DNA of 64,000 nucleotides from an uncultured Methanomicrobiaceae archaeon (GTDB lineage Archaea > Halobacteriota > Methanomicrobia > Methanomicrobiales > Methanoculleaceae), in NCBI GenBank assembly GCA_963826525.1, contig CAWGXH010000004.1, positions 32,001-96,000 on the forward strand, in the 5' to 3' direction. This document shows positions 11,751 to 22,189 of the stretch, piece after piece. The position numbers and the translations under genes were made by a program. The notes beneath the pieces are model-generated. The model saw only the letters and a list, made by a program, of their open reading frames with translations. It ran no database searches and was not told the origin of the DNA. Position 1 is the stretch's first letter. Each line of letters starts with the position of its first letter.

Positions 11751-12623
11751 ATGATGCACGAGTTTGGCCTCCATGCCAAAGGGGGGGTCATCACCGAGCG
11801 GAACGCAGATTTCGCCACCCTCCGGCTTCGCATTCCGGCCGGCGTTCTTTCGGCGGAACAGCTCAGGGAGATATCCCGCATCGCCGACGAATTCGGCGAC
11901 GGCACGGTTCACCTCACAATGCGCCAGACGGTCGAGATCCCTCACGTCGACCCGGAACGGCTGGAAGGCGCCAGCAACGCGCTCGAAGAGAACGGGACAC
12001 CCATCGGGGCCGAGCGTGACGAGGTCGTCAATATCATGGCCTGCCCCGGGACGGAGCGGTGCAAGTATGCCAATATCGAGACGATTGATCTTGCAAAGAA
12101 GATCGACGAGCGGGTCTTCGGCAAACGGGTGCCGACCAAGATCAGGATCTCCATCTCCGGATGCACGTACATGTGTAACAGCCCTCTCTTAAACGAGATC
12201 GGGATCATCGGGCGGATCCGGCCGCTTCGAACCCCCGGGCTCTGCACGGGGTGCGGAACGTGCGTCGAGTACTGCCGGGAGTGTGCCATCGCCCTCAAGA
12301 ACGGCATCTCCATCCTCGACGAGCAGAAATGCGTTCAGTGCGGCATCTGCATTCACTCATGCCCGTATGAACTCTTAAAATCGGAGTTTGCCCACTACCA
12401 GATCACCGTAGGCGGGCGGCGTGGAGCAGAACCACGTGTGGGGCGCGAACTTGTCGAGGTCGAGACCGAAGAGCAGGTTGTCGACGTCGTCGATCGGATC
12501 ATCTACTGGGTATACCGCACCGCATGGAGCGACCGGCTGCTCGGCGATCAGCTCGACGAGATCGGATTCGACAGGTTCAGAGAAGAGATCAAAAAGGAGT
12601 TCAGTAGCGGTACAGCGACTTAA
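11751..12623 (+). CDS. Sulfite/nitrite reductase-like protein with 2x[4Fe-4S] ferredoxin insert (Dsr-LP type)
   Basis: Siroheme-[4Fe-4S] motifs CPGTERC and SGCTYMC; CTGCGTCVEYC and CVQCGICIHSCP. Confidence 0.85.
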   Translation: MMHEFGLHAKGGVITERNADFATLRLRIPAGVLSAEQLREISRIADEFGDGTVHLTMRQTVEIPHVDPERLEGASNALEENGTPIGAERDEVVNIMACPGTERCKYANIETIDLAKKIDERVFGKRVPTKIRISISGCTYMCNSPLLNEIGIIGRIRPLRTPGLCTGCGTCVEYCRECAIALKNGISILDEQKCVQCGICIHSCPYELLKSEFAHYQITVGGRRGAEPRVGRELVEVETEEQVVDVVDRIIYWVYRTAWSDRLLGDQLDEIGFDRFREEIKKEFSSGTAT

Positions 12624-12903
12624 ACCCGGCGTTCTCATCGTCGCTGCACTCGATCGCCGATCCGTCCCTGACGATGGTGTTGAACATGATCGCTGCATTC
12701 ATGAGATTCTCGTCGGGGTTCATCCCCTGCCGAACACCGCTCAAGGCCTGCTGCTGCGGCGTCGGAATCGTCCGGCTCCCCATCCGCACCCCTTTGCAGT
12801 GCCGACAGTAACCGCAGTGGGAGTGGACCGACACTTCACCGTCTGCGCACATGACGGTGGTGCGACTCCCTTTCTCATCCCGGTGAAAGTCAAGAGTCTT
12901 CAT
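12601..12903 (-). CDS. Small hypothetical protein with HSHCGYCRHC motif
   Basis: 100-aa protein-like ORF filling the gap between the Dsr-LP gene and the tuf promoter. Confidence 0.6.
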   Translation of the reverse strand: MKTLDFHRDEKGSRTTVMCADGEVSVHSHCGYCRHCKGVRMGSRTIPTPQQQALSGVRQGMNPDENLMNAAIMFNTIVRDGSAIECSDDENAGFKSLYRY

Positions 12904-12994
12904 AGTACGAAGAACGTACATTTCCAGAGGATAAGATTCTGTCGATTATACCGGTTTTTTCCAGATTGCATCTCCAACAGATCCATAGAAATGC

Positions 12995-13001
12995 TTTATA
13001 T
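12995..13001 (+). promoter_or_regulatory. TATA box of tuf-rps10
   Basis: TTTATAT about 80 bp upstream of the tuf ATG; GGAGG SD at 13069-13073. Confidence 0.5.
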
Positions 13002-13080
13002 CCAGAACATCCTACGTATAAGATACTCGATTAAGCAGGCTGTTCGAGCTGACAGACCTATCTTGAGTGGAGGATAAATT

Positions 13081-14358
13081 ATGGCAACTGAGAAGCCGCA
13101 CATTAACTTAGCAGTTATTGGCCACATTGACCATGGCAAGTCGACGACTGTGGGTCGGCTGCTGTTCGAGACGGGAGCGGTACCGCCCCATATCATCGAG
13201 AACTACCGGAAGGAGGCTGAATCCAAGGGTAAGGGCTCTTTTGAATTCGCGTGGGTTATGGACAACCTCAAAGAGGAGCGTGAGCGTGGTATCACCATCG
13301 ACATCGCCCACAAGAGGTTCGACACCGACAAGTTCTACTTCACCATTGTAGACTGTCCCGGACACCGCGACTTCGTCAAGAACATGATCACCGGTGCATC
13401 CCAGGCAGACGCTGCACTGCTCATCGTCGCCGCACCCGACGGCGTGATGGAGCAGACCAAGGAGCACGTCTTCCTTGCACGTACGCTCGGCATCACCCAG
13501 CTGATCATCGGCATCAACAAGATGGACGCCGTCAAGTACGACCAGAAGCGCTACGAAGAGGTCAAGGAGCAGGCTCTCCCAGCTCATCAAGATGGTCGGA
13601 TACAACCCGGCAAACGTCGCTTTCATCCCGATGAGCTCCTTCAAAGGCGCAAACATCGCCTCCAAGAGCGCCGAGACCCCCTGGTACAACGGCCCCACGG
13701 TCCTTGATGCACTCAACCTGCTCAAGGAGCCCGAGAAGCCCACGAACCTCCCCCTGCGTCTCCCCATCCAGGATGTCTACTCCATCTCCGGTATCGGAAC
13801 CGTGCCCGTCGGCCGTATCGAGACCGGGATCATGAAGAAAGGAATGAAGGTCAACTTCATGCCCGCCAACAAAGAGGGTGAGGTCAAGACCATCGAGATG
13901 CACCACGAGGAGCAGAACGAGGCACTCCCCGGCGACAACGTCGGTTTCAACGTCCGTGGTATCGGGAAGGGCGACATCCGCCGTGGCGACGTCTGCGGTC
14001 CCGCCGATGTCCCGCCAACCGTGGCAGACGAGTTCACCGCGCAGATAGTGGTGCTCCACCACCCGAGCGCACTGACCGTCGGTTACACCCCGGTCTTCCA
14101 CTGCCACACCTCGCAGATTGCCTGCACCTTTGTCGAGCTCGTCAGGAAGCTCGATCCCCGCACCGGCCAGGTCAAGGAAGAGAACCCCACGTTCCTCAAG
14201 ACCGGCGATGCCGCGATCGTCAAGATCAAGCCAACCCGGCCCATGGTCATCGAGAAGGTCAAGGAGATCCCCAGCTCGGACGGTTTGCAGTCCGCGATAT
14301 GGGCTCCACGATCGCTGCCGGCATGTGCATGGATATCACCCCCAAGCAGATGAGATAA
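13081..14358 (+). CDS. tuf: Translation elongation factor EF-1 alpha (frameshifts near 13575 and 14270)
   Basis: [50 protein letters not shown]; restored C-terminus [11 protein letters not shown]. Confidence 0.97.
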
Positions 14359-14387
14359 CTTATCTCTCAATATTTTTGGTGAACATC

Positions 14388-14696
14388 ATGCAAAAAGCCA
14401 GAATACGTCTTTCCGGAACGGACTTTGAGAAGATTGAGATGGTATGCAATCGGATCAAAGAGATTGCAGAACGCACAGGCGTCAATCTGGCAGGTCCCAT
14501 ACCGCTCCCAACGAAGCGACTGGTTGTACCCATCCGCAAGAGCCCCGACGGCGAAGGAACCGCCACCTGGGACCGCTGGCAGATGCGCGTGCACAAGAGA
14601 CTGATCGATATCGATGCAGATGAACGAGCCCTCCGGCAGCTGATGCGTATTCAGGTACCGAAGGACATCGGCATTGAGATCGTCCTGGAAGGCTGA
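14388..14696 (+). CDS. rps10: 30S ribosomal protein S10 (uS10)
   Basis: [10 protein letters not shown]...[10 protein letters not shown]...RKSPDGEG...RVHKRLIDI. Confidence 0.97.
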   Translation: MQKARIRLSGTDFEKIEMVCNRIKEIAERTGVNLAGPIPLPTKRLVVPIRKSPDGEGTATWDRWQMRVHKRLIDIDADERALRQLMRIQVPKDIGIEIVLEG

Positions 14697-14708
14697 GGTG
14701 AGAGCGGC

Positions 14709-16318
14709 GTGACGGCCGCTGGATTCTACGACAGGATCCGTGAACAGCTCTCCTACGAGAGACTTTTTTTCCTGATTTTTCTGATCGCCGTATTCCTGCG
14801 GTTCTATCAGTTGGACTTAAAGTTCTTTCATCACGACGAAGCTATTCACGCATGGTTTTCGTATCGCCTGCTGACCGAAGGGATCTATACCTACGATCCC
14901 ATGTACCACGGGCCGCTGCTCTACTACGTCACGGCAGGGATGTTCTCCATCTTCGGGGACTCCGATCTCGTGGGCAGGCTCGTACCGGCACTTCTCGGGG
15001 TCGCGCTGGTCCCGCTCCTGTACCCGATCTACAAACTGGGGTACTTCGATAAGAAGCAGACGCTCATAGCGGCGCTCTTCGTCGCCGTATCTCCTGAGAT
15101 GGTCTACTTCTCACGGTTCCTTCGAAACGACATCTTCATCCTCTTCTTCACGCTGGTACTCCTTGTAGCCCTCCTCTACTACTTCGAGAAACGGGAGACG
15201 AAGTACGCTCTCATTGCCGGCGCCGCAGTAGGCCTCGGAATGTCCAGCAAGGAGAATATGCCGATCGTGGTTCTGATCTTCGGCTCATACCTCCTCTACC
15301 TGATCGGTACGCGGCGTCTCGAGCTTCCACGACGGTGGAAGACCGACCTCCTCCTCGGAGCCCTCGTTACAGTGGGGATTATGGCAGCCTTCTACTCCTC
15401 GTTCGGAGCTCACCCGGAGGTGCTCGCGGACGGGTGGCTCCGCGCCATCGAACACTGGGCGGCAATGCACCAGCAGCAGCGCCTCGGAGGACCGCCATAC
15501 TTCTATATCATCTTCTTCCTCCTCTACGAGGTGCCGATCTTCATCTTCGGCCTCATCGGAGTCGCCCAGTTCCTCACGGGGGACGGACGCGGCGCCCGGG
15601 CTGTCCAAAAGATACACCGGTTCTTCGCGCGAAAGGCCGATGCTGCAGCACTCCCGCCGGAGAGCCTCGATGAGGTGGCCAGCGGCAGGGTCTTCGATCG
15701 GCGGGAGGAGTTCATGCGGTTCTCCATCTACTGGCTGGTGCTCTCCATCGGCGCCTACGCCTACATAGGGGAGAAGGTGCCGTGGCTAATCATCCATCAG
15801 CTGCTTCCCCTGATCTTTGTCGCCGTGTATGCGATGACGACGAAGAAGGCAGCCGTTGCGGTCGTTGCGAGTATCTTTCTCGTCGCCATGACAGTGCACG
15901 TCGCGTACACACCGACCGATATCAATGAACCGATCGTGCAGGTGCAGAACTCCGAAGACCTCCGGGAGGTCATGGCGATGATCGACGCATCGGATAGCGT
16001 CGCCATCGCATCGGATACCTACTGGCCGCTTCCCTGGTACTGCCGGGGAGACCGGGCGGCGAAACTCTCCTACTACGGCAGTAAAGTCGACGAGAGTACC
16101 AGATCTATTCCCGTGACTTCGACATGGTTATCGCCTACGATCAGGACACCTACCCATCGCTTTCCGGCTACGACAAAGAGCGCTACAAGCTCAGTTACTG
16201 GTTCTCGTACTCCGATAACCAGGACCGGCTCGCGGAGTACTACCTCCTGCGGGACGGGAAGACGGGGAGCATGAACATCGATGTCTTCACGAAGAACGCA
16301 ACGTCGCTGTCAGGCTAA
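14709..16318 (+). CDS. TIGR03663/Agl23-like GT-C-type membrane protein (frameshift near 16100)
   Basis: HHDEAIHAWF, YDPMYHGP, SRFLRND, KEN, GEKVPWL, YWPLPWY; many TM helices. Confidence 0.8.
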
Positions 16319-16390
16319 GACATTCCAACTGCACTCTTTTTTCTTCCCGCCTTTCGGCAGGGTATAAACAGATCCCGGAACCATCGAAGA

Positions 16391-16748
16391 GGCCGCGTTG
16401 GCCAGAAAGCTCACTGACGAGAGGGGCACTCCCGAAGACTCCGTACAGGTCGACCGATAGGCATCGATCATCCACGCTTTTTCGCCCCTGAAACCACACG
16501 GAGAACACTCATGAGGTCAACACCCCGCGATGTCGCTGCGAACCCGGGCAAGCAGGGTGAAGAGAGAGCGTCTGGAAAAGGGCAGCGGGCATCTGTCTAC
16601 AGAACAGGGGAGGGCGATCCGGGAAGACCGGTTCGCCCGGCCAGTCCGAAGGGATAGGGAACCGGAGCCCGCCGGGTGATGAAACCCGTACAAAGGCCGG
16701 AATGCAGAGGGGAAACCGTCCCCTCCCCCGGGAGTCTGGCGGCGCCGG
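16391..16748 (+). ncRNA. Candidate ~360-nt structured non-coding RNA, family not recognised
   Basis: TATAAA at 16363-16368; 5'/3' closing helix 16395-16406 with 16735-16745; many internal helices; no credible ORF; lies between convergent genes. Confidence 0.5.
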
Positions 16749-16895
16749 GGGTTCGCGTGATGAGGAGGGCGCTCTATCCGGGGCGTGCAATCTTCGCACT
16801 ATAGAAGAGAACCTGCCAGGCGGTATTGGCTGCCGTCTCCGGATGAAGGGTCGTATGAGAATGCAAAAAAGAGTGAAACAGAGGGGGATAGCATT

Positions 16896-17995
16896 TCAGC
16901 CGAGTTCGTCCCATTTCCCGCGTCTGCGATAGACGACAACAGCGCCCACGACAAGCAGAATCAGGACGACACCGACACCGATGTAGAGGAGGATACTGCC
17001 GAAGTTAAAGGAGAGACCGTCGCCGATCTCGGTTCTGAGGGCAGTAGCGTCATTGAGAGCTTCTGTCGCCTTCGTCTCGGCGTCACCGGCCTTTGTTCTG
17101 GCAGCAGCGTAGTTTCCCTTCGTGAGTTCGTCCGATGCCGTCGTGTCGTACTGCACGGCGCTCTCCCGCGTGGTGATAACAGCAACGACTCGTGCATCAG
17201 AGCCCATCGAACGGTTGTCCTTGAAGTAGGTGATAAGATCGTCCACCTGCTGGATCGTCGCCGCCGCATCGCCGACGTCCTTCTCGGCCCACGCCTTCTC
17301 GAGCAGAGTCGCGGCGTCGTCCATATTAGTCTTGGCGGTAGCAAGGAGCGTAGCAGCCTGGGTCGCGCTCGCCGCCTCGGCACTATCGATGGCAGTGGAC
17401 GCCGTATTGTACTTGGCCGTGGCTGCCGTCACATCGACGCCTTCGGCAGCCCTCTGATCGATACTCGCCTTCAGATCGGAGAGCTGCTTCTCCCGCGCTG
17501 TGAGCTGGCTTGCGACCTCTGCGGGGTTCAGAACGTCGCGGGTGACGACGTGATCGTCGACGACCCGTCCATTTGCCATATGCTCGATCTTGATGACCTC
17601 GACAGTTCCCGTTGAGGCGGATGGTGCCGCCCCCGCAGCTGAACGTCGAGCTCGACGTCACCCCCATAGTCGAGTTCGAACTCAGTGAGCGTGGGGTAGA
17701 AGCCCCCTTTGGTGACCGTGTTGATGGCAACGCCATCCCGGTAGATGGTAAACGTCCATACGGGGTTCTGCAGTCCGGTGCTGAAGTCAAAGGACTCGTC
17801 GTTTCCCTGACTCGACCCCGTCGTCGTCATCGAGTATGCAATCTTATAGTGCGCCGTGACCTGCTGACCCGGTTCGAGTGCGCCGCTCGCGGGACTGACA
17901 GTCTCCGTAGTGATAGTAAATGCCGATGCTGCCTGCACGGCACAGACGAGTGCCAGCAGGAGAATGATGACTCTGTAAATTGATCTCACGTGCAT
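16896..17995 (-). CDS. Secreted protein with helical stalk and C-terminal membrane anchor (frameshift near 17630)
   Basis: Signal peptide MHVRSIYRVIILLLALVCAVQAASA, beta-rich domain, Ala-rich helical region, TM ILLYIGVGVVLILLVVGAVVVY then tail RRRGKWDELG. Confidence 0.75.
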
Positions 17996-17999
17996 CACC

Positions 18000-19169
18000 T
18001 CATTCGAATAATGGTTCGATACCTTCGTCAAACATTGAAGAACGCTTATCCTTCGCTCGCAGTACATCTTCTTTGGTTGCTTTGGCGATCTCCAGGAGGT
18101 CGGTGATCCTCGGGGCGTTTTCGATGGTAGCGAGGACGACCACGGCAGCGATGTAATCGCTCGATACCGGATAGTCGCCGCCACGCACCTCAACCCCGGC
18201 GATGTTCTCCTCGACCCAGCTCTTGGACTTCTCGACACCCTTTCTGTCCATCTCCTGCGGCGGTCCTGCCAGGAGAACAAGAGCACGCTCCGCCGACGAG
18301 TAATCGCACGGCAGAGTAAGGCGCCCGAGCATGGCACGCCTGACAAGAGCGATGATCTTGGCCGACTTATCCTCGCCCGTCAACAGCACATCCTCAGCCT
18401 TCTCCTTCTTCTTCATAAAGTTACCGAGGATGCCCTGTTTCTGCTTGATGCGTGGGTTTATTCTCTCACTGATAGCATACCCGACACTGCTGATGCCACC
18501 GCCGCGCAGCGTATTGATAATCTCGCTCGAATCGACGACCATCTCACCGACACCGGCCGTACCGATCTCACCGGCACGGAAGAGCACCCCGAAACGGCGG
18601 ACAATCTCATCGTTTAACCGGTTGTAGGCATCCTTGACACTCTCGCCCTCGTTCTTCCAGGCGCTGTTATCGAAGAGGAACGTATTATCCGCCTCGTTGA
18701 CGAGGGTGCTGAGACTTCTGGCGGCGTTATAGGAGTACAGACGACCCTCTTCGGGCGCCGGCAGAATACCGATAGCATAGACCGGTTCCCGGTAAATTCG
18801 CTTTAAGTGACGGGCGAGCACCGGGGTGCCACCCGAGCCGGTACCCCCGCCGAGACCGGAGACGATGACGAATGCATCGATATCGTGCGTCCCCCGGGAG
18901 TCGATGGCGTTGATGATACTGTCGATCTCGTCCGCCGTCACCCGAGCCCCGGTGACGTTATCGGTGCCGACACCGTGTCCTTTCACCACGGTCTGCCCGA
19001 TCAGCAGTCGATCCTTCATCTCTATACTCTTGATGCCCATCAGGTCAGTCCGCGCCGTATTCACGGCGATTCCCCGGAAACTTTGGGTCGGCATTTTTTT
19101 GTCCTGTTCTATGAACATATCGACAATTTTGCCGCCGGCCTGACCAAATCCTATGAAAAAGACCCTCAT
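18000..19169 (-). CDS. cetZ: Tubulin/FtsZ family protein, CetZ type
   Basis: IGFGQAGGKIVD, AVNTA, GHGVG, GLGGGTGSGG, EEGRLYSYNAARS, FDN, VVDSSEIINTL. Confidence 0.88.
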   Translation of the reverse strand: MRVFFIGFGQAGGKIVDMFIEQDKKMPTQSFRGIAVNTARTDLMGIKSIEMKDRLLIGQTVVKGHGVGTDNVTGARVTADEIDSIINAIDSRGTHDIDAFVIVSGLGGGTGSGGTPVLARHLKRIYREPVYAIGILPAPEEGRLYSYNAARSLSTLVNEADNTFLFDNSAWKNEGESVKDAYNRLNDEIVRRFGVLFRAGEIGTAGVGEMVVDSSEIINTLRGGGISSVGYAISERINPRIKQKQGILGNFMKKKEKAEDVLLTGEDKSAKIIALVRRAMLGRLTLPCDYSSAERALVLLAGPPQEMDRKGVEKSKSWVEENIAGVEVRGGDYPVSSDYIAAVVVLATIENAPRITDLLEIAKATKEDVLRAKDKRSSMFDEGIEPLFE

Positions 19170-19282
19170 CTGGTTACACACCCTCTGTTCGGCTAACAGG
19201 TAGTATTGACGTTTATGTATAAAGACGTTTTATATTATTCAACTCAAAAACCTTCTCATAGTTTTTACATACCGGGTGAACA

Positions 19283-20519
19283 ATGAAGATTTGCATAATT
19301 GGCGGAGGATTATGCGGCCTTACGGCTGCACGGGAACTTGCCGACAGGGCGGAAGTCACCCTTGTCGAGAGAAGACCGATCCTCGGCGGCTGCCTCGCAT
19401 CGTATAGCATCGACGGCTACTCCATCGAACAGTACTATCACCACTGCTTCACCGACGATTCCCGCCTTCTGAACCTCTTTAACGAACTCGGAATTGCGGA
19501 TCGGCTCGAGTGGCTTCAGGGCACCACCGGGTACTATGCCGAGAGCACCGTCTATCCGCTGACCACCCCGACCGAGATCTTCAAATACCCCTACCTTTCG
19601 CTCACCGACAAGGCACGCCTCGCATGGCTTACCCTCCGATCGAAACGCTTCGATCTCGAATCGCTCGACACCGTCACCGCGAAAGATTTCATCCTCGAGA
19701 ACCTCGGCTCCGGCGTCTATACATCGTTCTTCGAACCGCTCCTGCGCAGCAAATTCGGGGAGCGCAGCGATGAGGTCTCGGCGGCCTGGCTCATCTCCCG
19801 GATAGCCATCAGGTCGAACCGGGGCGCAGGCGGGGAACGCCTCGGATACATACGGGGCGGCTTTGAGTGCCTCATCGATCGCCTCGGAGGAGGATCTGGT
19901 TCGGAAGGGCTGCTCCATCACCACCGGCAGACCGGCTTTGGCGATCGAGCGGCAGGGTGCACGCTGGCTGGTGAACGGCGAACCATATGATATCGTGCTC
20001 TCCACGATACCTCCACAGGAGACGGCACGACTATCCGACATGGATATTGCCCCGATCCCGTATCAGGGGGCGGCATGCATGACGCTCGCCCTCTCCCGGG
20101 ACGTTACGAACGGCATTTACTGGCTCAATATGAAAGACCCCGCCCCGTACGGCGCCGTAGTCTCGCATACGAACTTCGCCCCGCCCGAGTGGTATAACGG
20201 CGACCGCCTGATCTACCTCGCCTCCTACTTTGCAGGAAGCCTCCCCGGAACCTTCGAAAGGACGATGCTCACCGACTTCTGCAGGCGTTTTGGCGTGCAG
20301 GAGAGCGAGGTTCTCTGGCATCGGATGGCTGTCGACCCCTATGCAGGACCGATCTACACAACCGGCCTTCGCCGGCAGATCCCGGACTACGAGCAGCACG
20401 GACTGTTCATGGCGGGGATGTTCAGCCTCCCGAACTATCCCGAGCGGAGCATGGAGGGATCGGTGGTCGCAGCAGAAGAGGTCGCACGCCGGATACGCAC
20501 GAGGTCTCTCGATGAATGA
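19283..20519 (+). CDS. FAD-dependent oxidoreductase, amine oxidase/PPO-like (frameshift near 19885)
   Basis: IIGGGLCGLTAA Rossmann motif, EQYYHH, LGYIRGGF, YPERSMEGSV. Confidence 0.85.
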
Positions 20520-21231
20520 GATAGAAGTCAGCTGCGTCCTTCCGGTCTACAACGACCGCGAAGCGCTTACGGTTGCCGTTCCTCGATCGGTCGAATGCCT
20601 GGAAACGATTGCTCCGGGGAAGTTCGAGGTGCTCGTCGCCGAAGACGGCAGTACCGACGGAAGCGCGGAGCTCGTGGCCGGCCTTGCCCGAGAGGACAAC
20701 CGCATCCGCCTCCTGCACAGCGACGAAAGGCTCGGCCGGGGAAGAGCCTTGAGCCGCGCATTCACGACGGCGCGCGGCTCGATCGTCTGCTACTACGACG
20801 TCGACCTCGCCACCGACATCCAGCACCTCCCCGAGCTCATCGGTGCTATCCGCCAGGGATACGATATCGCTACCGGCTCGCGCCTGCTCCCGACGAGCGA
20901 TATCGTCAGGAGCGGCGACCGTGAGATCGCAAGCAGGGGATATAACCGACTGGTCAGAACGATCCTGCGGAGCAGCCTTTACGATCACCAGTGCGGGTTC
21001 AAGGCGTTCAACCGCGCACGCCTCCTCGACCTGCTTCCCACCGTATCGTCGAACCATTGGTTCTGGGATACCGAGGTGCTGGTTCGGGCAGAGCGGAACG
21101 GATACCGAATACGTGAGTTCCCGGTCAGGTGGCGGCAGGGTGCGGGAACGACGGTAAGGCGCAAAGACATCGTCGAGATGGGAACGGCGATCCTCTCCCT
21201 CTGGTGGCAACTGCATGCTGAGAAGAGTTAG
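20512..21231 (+). CDS. GT2 polyprenol-phosphate glycosyltransferase (AglD/DPM-like)
   Basis: VLPVYND, EDGSTDGS, DVD, GSR, DHQCGFKAF, WFWDTEVL. Confidence 0.88.
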   Translation: MNEIEVSCVLPVYNDREALTVAVPRSVECLETIAPGKFEVLVAEDGSTDGSAELVAGLAREDNRIRLLHSDERLGRGRALSRAFTTARGSIVCYYDVDLATDIQHLPELIGAIRQGYDIATGSRLLPTSDIVRSGDREIASRGYNRLVRTILRSSLYDHQCGFKAFNRARLLDLLPTVSSNHWFWDTEVLVRAERNGYRIREFPVRWRQGAGTTVRRKDIVEMGTAILSLWWQLHAEKS

Positions 21232-22189
21232 CGCGATCGTCCTCCCTACTCTGGTAGCGGTGGCGATCATCGCCTACATGCTCTACCGGGTCTGGGGCAG
21301 CCTCCTCGTCACGCTCGAGCATATCGTTCTCCCCTTTCTCTTCGCCGCCGTCGTCATCTGCATACTGGCGTGGTTTCTGCGGGGAGTGCGTTACCGCTCC
21401 ATCCTCCGAGGGCTCGCGATAGAAGAGGGCGTCTGGTTCTCGACGGCGTGCATATTCATCTCCCAGACCGCAAATCTGATCGTTCCTGCCCGTCTCGGGG
21501 ATTTTGTCCGGATGCTCATCCTCAAGCACGAGGACGACGCCACCTACTCGCAGGGATTCTCCTCGATCGTCGTCGAGCGTATCTTCGACGTCCTGATGAT
21601 AGCAGTGCTCGGCCTCATCGCGCTGCCTTTCGTCCTCAATGTGCCGGACTGGTTCGTAACGGTCATCGCCCTCCCCATCGTGGCGGGAGGGGTTTTCTTC
21701 GTCTTCCTCCTCTACTCAGGAAGATTCAGTTCGGAGAACAAATACATCGGGATGCTTCTCCGGGTGCTCGAGGAGGTGCGCGAAGCGTCGCTCCACCCGA
21801 GGGCACTCGCCGTGCTCAGCGCATCCTCGCTCCTCATCTGGATCCTCGATGTCTTCGTCGCGGTCGCGGTCGTGGCGATGTTCCAGGAGACGATCCCCTT
21901 CCCGGTGGTGGTGCTCGCGATCGTTATCGGCAACCTCGTCAAGGCTGTTCCGATCACGCCGGGCGGCGTCGGCACCTACGAGCTCGCGCTTGCCCTGACC
22001 TTCGAGGTCGCGGGAACCGCCGCAGCCACGGCGACTCTGATAGCCGTTATCGACCACCTTATCAAAAATATGGTCACCCTGGTCGGCGGTGTCCTGTCCA
22101 TCTACTACTTCGGCGACTGGTCGGTCGCCCTGATGAAGAAGGCGTTCAACAAAGAACTCGATATGGAGGAGTCGTTTGGCAGCAGGTGA
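21215..22189 (+). CDS. Lysylphosphatidylglycerol-synthase TM / flippase-like protein
   Basis: NLIVPARLGDFVR, ERIFD, PITPGGVGTYE. Confidence 0.85.
   Translation: MLRRVSAIVLPTLVAVAIIAYMLYRVWGSLLVTLEHIVLPFLFAAVVICILAWFLRGVRYRSILRGLAIEEGVWFSTACIFISQTANLIVPARLGDFVRMLILKHEDDATYSQGFSSIVVERIFDVLMIAVLGLIALPFVLNVPDWFVTVIALPIVAGGVFFVFLLYSGRFSSENKYIGMLLRVLEEVREASLHPRALAVLSASSLLIWILDVFVAVAVVAMFQETIPFPVVVLAIVIGNLVKAVPITPGGVGTYELALALTFEVAGTAAATATLIAVIDHLIKNMVTLVGGVLSIYYFGDWSVALMKKAFNKELDMEESFGSR

Noticed and set aside
13560-14290. Programmed frameshifting or pseudogenisation of tuf
   Set aside because: Essential gene, no slippery-site pattern, and the same kind of indel occurs throughout the window
16414-16450. 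Hammerhead ribozyme (CUGACGAG core)
   Set aside because: The following segment is CGAAGAC rather than the required CGAAA, and I could not build the three-stem junction with an NUH site
16391-16748. RNase P RNA or SRP RNA
   Set aside because: Size fits, but I found no GAGGAAAGUCC-type P4 strands and no SRP helix-8 CCAGG..GGAA..AGCAA motif on either strand
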